A stretch of DNA of 64,000 nt from Trichosphaerium sp. ATCC 40318 (taxonomy: Eukaryota; Protista; Tubulinea). This document shows, piece after piece, positions 25,534 to 38,453 of this stretch. Below the pieces are notes generated by a model. The model was not told the DNA's origin and did not search any database. It saw nothing but the letters and a program-made list of their open reading frames with translations. A program made the position numbers and the translations under genes. Numbering within the stretch: the stretch's first letter is position 1; each line of letters begins with the position of its first letter. The DNA is taken from assembly GCA_038496445.1 (NCBI GenBank), contig JALMLS010000149.1, positions 235,363-299,362 of the forward strand, in the 5' to 3' direction.

Positions 25534-25759
25534 ATATCTGATATGACTTGCAAACTTGTATGTTCTGTGAAACAACTCTTTGTAGTTCTTCAAACCGACT
25601 TTTTTATCCGTAAAAGTTAGGCGTCACTGGTTAAAGTTGTTCGTACTAAAACTAACAGTTTGGTCTCTAACAATTATAAGCACATATCTAACTTTAAGTC
25701 ATCACTTAAGTCGCAGTTCCTTTCAAGGGAACTAAAACCATAGACAAGGCAAACCGACA

Positions 25760-28155
25760 ATGGGTACTACGTGGGCAAGCAGTGTTCGCACTCAAGAGTA
25801 TGATATCGTAATAGATATTGATGATGTGTCAAAAGGTAACGTTATGGTTTTTTTTTCTATTATCGTTAAAACTGTTTGAAGGGCACCTTGGATGGCCAAT
25901 ATTTGTTTCTAAACGAATATTTGAGAAGCAACGTCAAATAATAACGGCGGACAATCCAGAAGAAGGCACGCGCGCAAATACAGCGCTTACGCGTACTGGT
26001 CAAGTTTAGATTGATTAATACTGTTAACAGGTGGTGAACAGTTTCATGACGCGGTAGACCACATAGGCGAAGTATTAAAACAGTTAGAAGACTCATTAGG
26101 ATACCCTAACATGGTATGGATACTACGGTCGCGTACTGTGAACCACTACGCTAAAAAACGTGTACACTCTATTTAAGAGTATGGTGGGGATCTTACACGT
26201 GACGTTAAATTATATTTGTTGAACTGACGTGGCAGAAAAGGTTTCAGTTTCAGGACTCTTCAACAAAGGAAAAACGTTCCTTACGAACAAGCTCGCGCAA
26301 GCCGACTTACCAGCAGACAGGAAGGTAAATACAAAAGGCCTGAGCTTTGTTATTGGTAAAGGAAAGCTAAAAGACACTCTGTTCATTGATACTGCTGGAA
26401 CCAACTCGCCTTTACAAGACTGTACGGTTGTTATTTCAACAACTTTAAACAAAATCAATCAATCATTTATGTGAGTTTTAACTTTTTCTTAGTTGCGTCA
26501 TCCGATACTAAGCTTGTTAACAAGAAAGCCACTGAAATGTTTCTCAAAGACCTTGTCTTTTGTTTATCAGATGCTATAATGATCGTTGTAAACGAGCTAA
26601 CTTGGATGGAACAGCAACATATTGAATTAGTTTACCGTCACACAAGAATATCCGATTTGGTTGAAAAGCAGACAATGCCAATCTATGTAGTACATAATTA
26701 CGTAAATGTTGAGACAGAATCTGATCTATTGGTGATGTGGAAGGTAATTTCTATTTTCTGTAAAAAGAAAAAAAACTGAACACGTGATAAACAACAGTGT
26801 TCAGAAAAATGACCACCTACAAAATTCTATTCTATTTTTTTTTTGCATCTTTTTTCTAACACTTTCTAAGAGCTTGCTTCGCGCCTACGGACAGAATAAT
26901 ACAAGTATTTGTGAGTATCCAGTTGAAGGAAGGAAAACTCCACTTCACTATTTGACTACACATAACAAAGGCGTTACGCACGTTTTTCTTGCAAAGGAAG
27001 GATCTAAAGCAGGGGAATGGAATAGCCACGTTATAGAATTCCTTCGTAATAGATTAGAATCTGTAAAGAGAGATAAGAGAATGAAATTGATTGAGCAAAT
27101 AACAAAGTACACAGAAGTAACCCTTAGAACATTCTGCAAAAACGTACGCAATGAGCCTCCTATAAGCTTGTTTGCTCACCTTGGATAAACTAATTAAGTA
27201 CTAGGTATCAGGCGTAGACATTATTCCAAGACCAGATGCAATGAAGGACGAGTACAACAATAATCAAATAGTACAATAGTTTTTTAACCATCTTTTGACG
27301 AATCACACTTAACTCTTTGTTCAGGTGTCTCTTGCTAAAATCGCAAAAACGACAGATACAGAAGTAAATCCTGACGATTGGAAGACCTACCCTGAGACCA
27401 GTGAAGTAGAACAACAAGCACTCAGAAAGGTATGATTAATATCTTACTGGATGTGTATTGGTCATAACTAAACGTTCTTTAGAGTGCTAGCTTTCTATTG
27501 AAAGTCAAAAACGAACTTGAATTATCGTCTTACGAAATCAAATTCGATGGATACAATATCACCCTTGCAGAGGGACCATGGATTCCAAAGGTAGGAGAAA
27601 ACACCTATTTTACGGAAGTTCAATTTTATACAAATGTTGCTTCGTTCTGGTACTAACTTCGTTTCAGTGCACTGTTCTTCATGTCAATGGTGACACAACA
27701 ACTACAGAACAAGTTCAAGGTGTTCCTAAGCAAATGGTAGTAATATTGGATCTACCAGGTGTTTCACATTTAACAAAGCTAAACAGTGTGCAACGCGGAG
27801 GAACTATCGAAGCAAAGATAGAAGTACAAAGCTCCTTAACTACATCTGTACTTACTATGTTGATTAGCATAGAAACCATGGTCCTCAGCTTAAAATCACT
27901 GGCAGTCGCGTTCTAAACTTTCGAGGCCATGCATCGGAAGGTAAACTGTTCCCACCACGTGACTACAAATATACAGCAAAAGAAGAACGCGGCCAGTCCG
28001 AGTTTGAAAGAGTCTTTGATATTAACGGAGCTGAGTATACAACAAGCAAAGAGCCTTATGTTTATCAAAGTAACGGACTTGCTTATGTATGTATAATGGG
28101 AAGGGATCCAAGAGAATCTTCAAAAACAACACAACTCGTAGATGATGAGTTCTGA
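25760..28155 (+). CDS. P-loop (TRAFAC-like) GTPase with probable C-terminal Hsp20-like domain
   Basis: YDIVIDID, GLFNKGKTFL (G1), NTKGLSF (G2), FIDTAG (G3), VVHN, and C-terminal MVVILDLPGV. Confidence 0.7.
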
Positions 28156-28419
28156 AAAAACAAAACCAGCTACTTTGTTGGAAAAACAGCGACGGTCCAC
28201 CTCTAATTCGCGCTGTGTTATTGTGCAATAAATCATACTTTTGCAAAGCGTAAGCGTTTGTACAAAGTACACGTTAAGTGAATCCTACTACCAGTGTCAA
28301 AAAAGTTGTTCCTCAGAAAACTCGCTTTTTTTCACTTACCAAGACATTTACTTTTAAGTTCTCAAAATAGAAAACGATAACGCACACAACTGAGAAAAAG
28401 TTTCTCCTTACACAAAACA

Positions 28420-30759
28420 ATGATAAGCGTATTTTATCTGCTTGTCGCCTTTATGAGTGCGTAAAAAGGCTTAAAATTGTTTAATACGCCTACTAATCGC
28501 TTGTATAACGCTAACACTATCCGGTTAGGCGTTGCAAACGCGTTACTACCTCAACCGGTATACAACACAATGCACACTGTAGACCCTGGTACTTTCGATG
28601 GTATACCATTAATACAGGTTACAGAAGACGTACTACAGTACAATATTTTATCGGCAAAGTTTGATAATAAGCCTTACTACGTAATGGCCTTCAAATACGA
28701 GAATTCTTCTGCTAGCACCGAAATATTTGCTGCTGGAAAAGCTGAAGGTACGTGACTTTTGTAAAGTTGTACTAGTTTCAGACAAAACAGGTCGACATCT
28801 TTGTTATAGCATTATTGAAAACTTGCAGTATCTCGCTCTTACGTTACTTTTCGTACATCACGTGATATGTACTTGCTTGTTTGAGTTTAAAAAGAAAACA
28901 GTTGTGCAATCAGTATAAACAGCTTGAAAAGTTGTTTTGTTGGGCTAAGTAGTGTAGATATATCGATTGGAAATGCTACAGAATTTAGTGCCGATCAGGC
29001 TTCTAATTCAACCCGTATTATTACGGGTCTATTTGATGCCAATAATGATGTTGGGATATTTATTAGCGAGGGTCGAGCTGAATTATACTATTCTAGTTTG
29101 AAGCTAAACTCAACAACTAATGTATGTGTTTGTTGTTGTTTATACTGCTTTTCTATCAACTCTCTAACCTTTATTGCCAGAACCTTGAACTCTCCGAAAG
29201 TGTATATACAGGATATACAGGAGCTGACGTCTGGGAAATTCCCATTGGATACAATAATGGTAGGCATCAAAATGATGTCAACATCTTTTATCAAAACAAG
29301 TTTGAAGAACTTTTGCACATCCTCACTTGTGCTAACTTTGTCCATAGTTAATAATAAATACTGGTTTGTCCTCACAAACTCAACAGATCTAACCGCAGTT
29401 GAATACGATGGTGAAACCAATACTGGAGTTGATTTGGTTGCTTGTAAGTAAAAACAGTTTTGGTTTTTTTTTGGTTTATTGTCTACGTTCTAATGTATTT
29501 TAGGGACTCCAGAGAGTTTCCTTAGTAATTATGAGTTTGTTCAAGTGGGTGATACTTGTTTTGTTCTTGTTGGCATGGGGTGCATACTTTTATTTTTGAA
29601 ATCAGTAACATGTATTTAATCTATTCTCTTGTAGCCTAACTGAATTGGTGTATCGCGTAGTTCAGGAAGGCTCGGTAAGAACACCTTGCTTACCTAACCT
29701 CACTTAACAATTAATTAAAGGTCGGTGCAAGGATTGCTTTGAACACAACGATATTAGCTGACCAAAGAGATATATCAGTGGCATATGCTGAACCATATCT
29801 TTTTGTAGCTATAAGAAGTGCCACCAGGATTATAACATTCAGGGGTACTGTTTCAAACTGTGCAATTGCTTTTGATGAAGCAAACACAACAGTGTATGAG
29901 GCTGCCACTATTGGTGGTGAAATAAGATCCATGCAAGTTTCACATACTATTGGAGACAATTTTATTGTTTCTTATCGTACACCTGCAAAGCTGGGTATTA
30001 TTGGAACAGTAAGAGATTTTGTTTCTTTTTTTCTTGTACAAAGACATATCTGACATTATGTTATAGACCATCAATATGGCTGATTTGTTTGCAAACTTCA
30101 GGAATGGTTTTTCTGTTACTGTTGATAGGGATAATTGTCAACTCGGTGTATGATCTGTAATATTATCATAAAAACTAACAGGTGGTAGATCGCTGCAACA
30201 AGTATAAACGAAGGAGCATATGTTGGTTTTTTTGATCAAAACTTTGTCGGTTTTGGATGTTCAACAACGCCTACAGCACCTCCAACAACACTACCTCCTA
30301 CAACATTGCCTCCAACGACGCTACCTCCAACCACAGCCCCGCCAACTACGATACCTCCAACGACTGTTGCACCTACTGCTGCTCCTACAACGGTTACACC
30401 CACAACCGTAGCACCTCCAACTGCGCCAATTGATCCAATTTCTCCAGTTGCTCCTACAACGGTTACACCCACAACCGCAGCACCTCCAACTGCGCCAATT
30501 GGTCCAATCGCTCCAGTTACTCCAACTGGTCCAGTTGCTCCAATTACTCCGGTTGCTCCAACAACCGCTCCAGTTACTCCAACTGGTCCCATTATGCCAG
30601 TAGCTCCTACTTCTGGCTCTATTCAACATGGTATGTACATGTTTCACGTATTTGCGATCATGACAAAAAGAGTCTTGAAATTGTACACAATATTGTTTAC
30701 TAACTTTCTTTACAGTTGCTTGTATTTTGGCAATATGCTTAATCACTATCATGTTGTAA
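28420..30759 (+). CDS. Secreted/cell-surface protein with Pro/Thr-rich mucin-like stalk, possibly GPI-anchored
   Basis: Hydrophobic N-terminus MISVFYLLVAFM, a PTTLPPTT/PVAPT repeat exon, and a hydrophobic C-terminus VACILAICLITIML. Confidence 0.75.
30270..30612 (+). repeat. Coding Pro/Thr tandem repeats, including a 69-bp-period duplication
   Basis: 15-bp PPTTL units; gctcctacaacggttacacccacaaccg recurs at 30381 and 30450. Confidence 0.9.
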
Positions 30760-30881
30760 AAATGGAAAAAAGAAAAATAAATAAAGTTCATGCACACCTT
30801 TTTTATTTGTAGCGTTTTGTATGTGCAACTGTTTTTGATTACAATAAGATTATCAAATATTTGTTACTGCATATGCATGTT

Positions 30882-33800
30882 TTATAACGGTATGAATGCT
30901 TTCTTCGCACACTGTACAAGCTCTCTAGATACCAATAATTAAGAAAATTATGAGAAAATAAAAACGAACTAAATAGTTATTTTGATAGGTTGGTTACCTT
31001 TGTGTTGTTCTGTTCTTAGCTGTTGAGAACTTACTGAAGTCCCACGCAAAATTGGGATGTAACTCTGTTAATACAAATGGATAATATGCCAATACACCTC
31101 TTGCACCTCTATCTCCAAGTTGCTTTTGTGAAACACGATACCTATCTTTTATTAATGAAGTTGATTGCAATTATCTATCTTACCACATGGAAGGCTCTGT
31201 TATATTCAACTCATTCTCTACATCCTGTAGAAATTTAACAACATTAGATACAACACTCCACTTATTACTTTGTGCATCCCTTTGCCTTAGGAAGAAAGAA
31301 ACAGAAGTCAGAATAAAATGGGAATAAAGAAAGGAAGTGTACTGGAACAGAAACTTTGAAGAATCCCAAGAAAACTCTGGGTATGCAATCTTTAGCGCTT
31401 GTTCTAATCCACCGTGTCTGTAAAAATCACAACTTAATACCAAGCAACAGTATTGCTCATTGCGTACTTATTCATTATAGCTTGTCCACCCATTTTTCTT
31501 ACAGCAGAAGGTTGAACGTTGTACCAATTGTTAAGTTTTTCAACACCAAGTCGTGATCCAATTGTATCAAGTGTATTCCTCTCAGAAGCACTACCACTGC
31601 CACCACTATCCGGAGTTAAATAACAATACACTTACAATCACCAACAAGAACCTGAATTTATTCAGTCTCCATTCGTAGTCTGGATACGAAGATGTCAATG
31701 CCTCAACAAGAGAGTACTCATACCTAATTTAACGATTAAACCTAAAGGGACAAAAAACAACGTCACCTCTTTAGTATTGAAGAACCACCAAGCCATACGA
31801 TGTCTATCCAATTAACTGTATACCAGCTATCGAATGTACAAACGCGTAATAATTTGCCTATTTCTTCCAGCTTTTGATGATCACTTGAACACGAGGCTGA
31901 CCTATTTCTTCGAATTAACAAAACTCATGGATTTGTGTAATCCTATACGCACTCAAAACGACGCCGTATCCATAAATGTTGAGGATACAAAGAGCGCATA
32001 GTATTATACATAGATTTATCATACCTAAGAAGTGTATGAGGTTTACGAATAATAATCTAAACACGCACATTTTTAAAATTGGTTCGCCACCATACTTTAC
32101 AATATCAACATATTGAACATTCATCCAATCATCAAGCATTTTAATACCTAATTTACTAGATATAGACTCAAATTTCAATTTTTGATTTTCGACTGGTGTC
32201 CACATACTGCCGGGAACATCAACACTGAAATAAGGTTAAATTTTTTCACAAGATAAGCACGTGTTGACGTACTTGAACAACCAAGGTTTCCATGAATAAT
32301 CGGGGTACACACTAATAAGACCTATGTACATCGACGACTGGAAGTGTCTAGGATATTACTAGTAAGAAAGAAATACGAAAAGCAATATTGGTACTTTGAT
32401 AAGAACCTATCAGCATCAACAAGTTCTAAATCTTTTTTTGTTATCTTGTGCCAATCTTCCAATGAATAAACACAAAGACGGTATGCCATTTGGTCGAATA
32501 TTTTGGACGCATAGTATCTCTGTGGACCTCTTCTAGATAAGTACACGTAAGAATTCAATCATAATATTACACAAACCGTACTTGAATAACTCTTTGTTCC
32601 ACGTGTATTCAGGAAAAATATTTGTTAAAGTTTCATACAACGAACTCTTGTACCTTATTTACGCAAAGACATCAGAATTTGTGGTATTGGTTAACTATAT
32701 AACATTCAAAACGTACAAGTTTAATATAGTACCACCACCGTTTCTTCGTATATCATCTGTGGTAACATCATACCAACCAGAAAACTTTTCAATGCCAAGA
32801 ATTTTTGCAATGTACTCCATTTTATAGCGTTGGTTTGTTAATTTACTCCAACAACCAGTAGGAGCGTGTCTGTGATTATTTAGAAAGAAACGAATGCGTA
32901 TTATACAAATATACTCACTTAAATTTCCAAGGCAGCCACTCATAGTCAGTATAGATTGAAGACAATGCTGCGGACAATGAATTATATCTAGATACTTTGA
33001 GTTTTAATGAACTACGTTTTTGAAGCATTTGAGGTCACCTTGTAAGTACGCCAGCACCTCCTTTAGACACAACATGTTCTTGAGATATAGCATACCAGTC
33101 AGAAGGACATTGAATACCAAGTTCAACAGAAATCTCATCAAATTTCTCTCTTTGGTTTTTCAAGTCATCCCAAAAGTGGCGTGGGGCGGTCCTAAAGGCA
33201 TCAATAAGCTTAAATAGCCGTTGTACTGTACTTGAATTGTTTTATATCCCAAGAGACTTCAGGATAGATGTCTTGGACCATTTTGGAGACTGAGCCATTA
33301 TACCAATTTTTTACGTTAGAAATTGACATCTGTCCGTACATACTTACTGTGATAAAATAGAGCTACCCCCATGCTTGACAACAGCTGCTTGGGTTACATT
33401 ATACCACGCGTCAAGAGTTTTTAAGTGTAGGTTACTTTCAAGTTCGTTGAGGATATTCTTGGCGCCTAAATCGTACTTCCAGAACCCTTCAGGAGGTTTG
33501 CTACAATTGAATTTTTAGAACTTGTTCGTTTGGCGCTTTACTACCTGCGTTGCCATACCATCCACGAAAATGATGGAAATACAGCCTGTACAGCGTTTTT
33601 AATGTTGCCATATCTGAAAATGTTTAAAAATACGTAATTCGCTCTTCTTACGCACTCTTTGTGTATAAAATTCCCGCCGTTAGCCTTTAGCTGTTTTCTT
33701 GATACTTTGTACCAATCCTCAACTGACTTTACCCCTATACGCGACGCCAATCGGTTTAAAAATGTTTCATGGTATTTTGGTATAATACTGGACATAACTC

Positions 33801-33919
33801 ATCATTTGGTTTTAAAAGGCTCACAATTTATACCATTTGATCTATTCGCGCAATACACAACGTACTGGATCAAATAAGGTACCACAAAAGTCAAACGCCA
33901 AATGAGAAGAGTGCTTCAT
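30882..33919 (-). CDS. Protein of tandem ~70-aa 'DWY...GG..IL..Y..S...YPE..W..F' repeats (uncharacterised); 5' end approximate
   Basis: Roughly ten units, e.g. IGVKSVEDWYKVS...NGG, LGIEKFSGWYDVT...NGG, LGIKMLDDWMNV...YGG and LGVEKLNNWYNV...MGG, with introns at repeated positions. Confidence 0.8.
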
Positions 33920-34047
33920 TGAAACATTGTTTCGCCGTTTTTCTTTTAGGCCAAAACATCTAAACGAGCTAAAAAGCGTACGCAACAATGGAAGGGAACA
34001 CTCTTGCGTTCGAAAAAACCACAACTGCGCACAGCATAACTAAAACA

Positions 34048-34873
34048 ATGGCTGGAAGGAGTACGCAGCAGTAACACGACTACTGTTAATGAGGCATTAG
34101 GCTACATGCTTTTACCTCATCTAGAAACGCTCTCAAAGCTTCCACAGCTTAAAATACTGATTTTAGGCGTAAGAGTGATGTATAGAGTCTAAAATTAACT
34201 CCTTACTACTTAGGCCGGTTTAGATCTTGAAAAAAAGTTCGTACCAGAATTTACAGAGCTCAGCGCCATACTATGGAACACTACTACTGAGTTTCACATT
34301 GTAGACCATTCGCAAAAAGTATTAGATGTAAGCGTATTTGACAAGTTTTCAAAAAACTAACTTTTAAGGTTGTAGGTTTTGCTTAGTAACAAAAGCTATC
34401 ATCTACCAGAAAAGCAACAAAGGCTTACTAACGATGCAGAAGAGATGCAAGAAAGGTATCTCAAGTATGTGACAGACCTTGCAGTGAATACTGAAGGCTC
34501 AACATTAACAATCCCTTTTCCCAATCCGAAACACAACATTAAGACATTCAACTGCGATTTCACAGGTACCAAGACATGCAACTAGACTCTAAGTCATATA
34601 ACCGTTAACATTGACATAGCTTTCGAATATAACAACGAATCGTACGATGCTATAATAGCGTTGAACTCAGTATTCTACTTGTTCAATAACCCAAACTTTC
34701 ATCAAGAAAAAGAATTCTTCTTGACATTAGTTTCGACATTGAAAAAAGGAGCAGCTCTTTACTTTGATAAAATAACTTATGATATCATAAAACCAAATGT
34801 TCCAGCAAACGTTAAAGTTAAGAATCTTGGAGGATTTCCAAATTTCATATTCAGAATCGAACGCACAGAATAA
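34048..34873 (+). CDS. Class I SAM-dependent methyltransferase-like protein
   Basis: KILILG|AGLD (motif I), FHIVD, SYDAIIALNSVFYL, LKKGAALYFD. Confidence 0.55.
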
Positions 34874-35111
34874 ACAATTTCTTTCAAAGTTCTAACACCT
34901 TGTACCAAAATTGCTTCGCAACATACCCTTTTGTGACAAAGTAGAATAAGATGTCAACTCTCATGTAGCTCAGCTATGGTACATGACCGAATTTTAGAAG
35001 ACTGACATCGAGTGTGCATGTTGATAAGTCCAAAACTGTAGAAGGTTTTTTTTATTCTTTTGAAAAAAGTAATGCCAGATGATGTAGTTTATAAAGCTTC
35101 GTTTATTTACC

Positions 35112-37008
35112 TTACATATTTTTACCATCCCACACAGCAATAGCATTCTTGAGGAGTTCCATATCAGCACTTATTGATCCAGCAAGAGAAGTCAACTGCT
35201 CCTTTGTGTTGATAACCTCAACACGTTGCGTGTACGGATTGTACTTGACCTCAAAAGGTCTTTTAAGGGACTTAGCATACTCACGCAACTTCTTTTTGGC
35301 ATCCTAGGAACATACATCAGTACACCATAACAAAATAATAAAGTGTCGTATCAAAACGCACCTCAAATGATTTACAAACAAAGTATCGCTCTTGATACTC
35401 TGTTATAGGATATTTTGTTCCAGATACAGTTTGCGGATCAAAATCAACATGTTCTGGTTTATCGGAAAGACAGTACTACTCAAAATGTCAGAATACACAT
35501 TTGAAATAATAAAAAAATTGTTTAAAACTTACCTCTAACTCGCCAAACGAGGATAATAGGCCTGCTCCGTATGCTTTAACTTTATCGCCCTCACGGCATA
35601 GACCGAATTCTATTGTGAACCAGTACAACTAAACAGGATAAGGAGGAAAACCTCAACAAATCTAAAAAACTTGAGTGTATAAAAAAACGTACTGTGGCTA
35701 ATTTTTCAATATCTTCATCTGAAGCTCCAAGAGACGCTAATCCGATATATTGTGAAAAAGCAGCGAATTCAGGATCGCAGAACAATGGTACATGACCAAG
35801 CAGTTCATGACATACGTCACTAAGAGCGAAATGTTAGTAAGCGTCAACACTTCAAAAATTAATTAGCTTACGGTTCAGGTGTGTAGTAAGGTTTAGAGTG
35901 GTGACGAATGTATTGTGTTGAGTGGAAGACACGGAAGGCGAAAGCATTCAAAAAATCACGTGAGGAAAGGAGACCCATAACTGGACGTAATTGCCAACCG
36001 GTACAATCTTGAAGGAAGTTAGAAGGCAATAAACAAACAAAAAACAATTTTTTTTTTTGGAACTCTAAAAATGATCCAAAAAAAAAAGTGTTTGTACCTT
36101 GCAAGAACTCTGAGACTACAGCAAGCTGTGGAATAGAGTCTGGAGAATAACCGCAATTTTGCTCGAGCAATGGGAATACGTAGTTGTGTTGCTTACATGC
36201 GTGGGTCTTGTACAATGTCGTTAGCTTCCTATAAAACCGATTAGAAATGTGACGCAAAAAATAAAAAAAAGCGAAAGGTAGGCCGAGTTTAGTGGGTTGA
36301 AAAGAAACCAAACAATGCGTTCTCGTACTTGTACACAGTGCCCCAAGTCTTAATTTCCTCCTCAGTGTAGTCTACGTGAGGAAGCGGTTGGCCAGTACGG
36401 TATTTTTTAGCGGCCAAGGTGATAGCTTGACGGCGTTTGCGGTAAACTGGGTCTTTAAAACCAGGGTGGTCTGCGTCTAATTCTTCACCAAACTCAAGTA
36501 CCTTCTCTGCAAACGAATCGAGGTCGCGCATGCGTCGTGGAAACCATTTGTCTATTTAACGCCATTAACAAAAAACGTAATTTACCAAAACAGTGTTATA
36601 AAGTAGAGCTACGCTCTAATCGTTGTAGAAGAAGCGTAAAAGTTTCGTGTCTGCCACAAAAGAAAGTTGACCTCTAATGCGCGAGAATTGGGGCTTTCGT
36701 AGTGTGTCTAAGTATCAGGGCTACGTACGTTCGTTCTCGACCGCTTGGTTGGAAATAATATTAGCGAGTTTTTCCGTTTGAACCGCAGCAGTAAACGCCT
36801 TTACATTCTCTTCGTTTGCGTTCTCGAAGTCAATAGAAAAATCGTAGTCCCATTCGGTGTTGGTTGAGGGCCTGGACTCAATGTGGGTCATACTGAGCGA
36901 GTGCTTGGCCATGAGTTGAATTACTGCTTGTAACGAACCCACTTCATGGCGGAGGGAGAATATGAGCCTTTGCTTTCTGTTCATTTGATCTTCAATGTAA
37001 AATGACAT
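35112..37008 (-). CDS. PAH: Phenylalanine 4-hydroxylase (ACT domain + catalytic domain)
   Basis: ACT domain MTHIESRPS; [18 protein letters not shown]; [33 protein letters not shown]; [14 protein letters not shown]. Confidence 0.97.
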
Positions 37009-37106
37009 TTCGCTGTGCTGTACGTATTGTGATTCACTATTATAACTTCAAACTAAGGCAGGTGTAAATTTATAGCGCCTTAGCAATTGTTTTTGGCCTT
37101 GTTGTG

Positions 37107-38214
37107 ATGTCTACAGCAACGGAGGAGCGGTCACACATAGAGAATAGTATTTCTGTACTTAGGCGCTCTTTTTCTAGTGAGGTGATAGGACAAGAAAAAC
37201 TGGTCATCAGAGGGAGTGTACTTCCATTTAAACGCTTGAAGCCTGTTACTTTTTCATTTACAAGTGAAACTGATGTAGATGACCGCAAAGAGAAATGGTA
37301 CGCGTGGAGGTTACCCAGCGCCAAATGTTGAGCGTAATAACTAATTTATAACAAGGTACACAATGAATTTTACAGCAAACAGCCTGACGTTGCTTGAATA
37401 CTCAGAATCAGCTGAAAACAGTACGTTTTGTGATAATAATTGCTTCAAATCTAAAAAAGAGCAGGTGCAAAGACTCAAGTGTACCCAGAGGCCGTTGAAA
37501 AGGTTAAAAGCGCACTGGGATTTAAAAACATACGCGCTAAGGTGTTACTTGACACATTTTTACGAGAGTATGTAAAAAAAGAAGTCTTTTATTGGCACAA
37601 CAGTCACCTGGCCTATACTTATAAATTATTAATATAGAATGAACTACAAGAACGCAAACTATTGTAGAAAGGTACTCTCAACGAGACCCTGTGACATCTT
37701 TGTCACTGAATCTTATCTAGGCAAGCGAGTTTGTATACACAGAAGACGAATTTCGTGCGTATGAAAAAGAGGCTGTTGTAAAACAACAGAAAGCAGAGGT
37801 GAAGATCCTATCATGTGCTCAAAAATTTTTATTGACACTTTTTTTCAGAAAGCAGAAAAAAGACGTCAAGCAAGGCTTAAAGCTTCAGCTGCGGCTGGTA
37901 AAACAACGCGTTCGCGTAAGCGTAAAATAGGACACGACTACGACATGCAAGTATTAAAGAAGCGAAGGCTGTAAGTAGTAGTCTTTTTTTTTAAAACTGA
38001 TCACTCTCGCTCATTATTTTGCACGCTGCTGACGCATTGTTTTAGTAATAAAAAACCTGGTAGTCGCACTAAAAAAGCTTTCGAGTATTATGTAGAAATC
38101 AATAACCGGGGTACAATTGAATTTGAGTGGGTACCTGCAAAGAATGTAGAGAAGAGCAAGCTAGAAGAATTTAATAAGAATCCATATATTGTTCATGCAG
38201 CTCCATCAAAGTAG
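37107..38214 (+). CDS. Hypothetical protein with C-terminal chromodomain-like module
   Basis: The last exons read MQVLKKRR...FEYYVEINNRGTIEFEWVPAKNVEKSKLEEFNK. The middle exons are uncertain. Confidence 0.5.
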
Positions 38215-38453
38215 GAGCAAAAAACAAACCTAAAACAAAACGAACACAATGTATACGTATACGTATACATTATTATAACATGTACAAAAAAAAAGAAAAG
38301 AAATGACACAACACAATCGGGAAAAAGCGTCAAATTCAAGCGAAAACTATGGAATTTTCTCTTTTTGAAAGTTTTTAGTTTTCAAAACTGTGTAATTTAT
38401 AGATTTGACTGAAAACACAACGTTTTAACGTGTTCTGATAGTACGTTAAGATT

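Noticed and set aside
30236-30797. Antisense ORFs over the Pro/Thr repeat (likewise 4240-4614, 39875-40171, 40768-41052, 57648-58112)
   Set aside because: These are shadow frames of low-complexity coding exons on the opposite strand.
34048-34873. Methyltransferase as the HsdM partner of the HsdR-like gene
   Set aside because: It has no NPPY/F amino-methyltransferase motif, is too short, and lies ~19 kb away.
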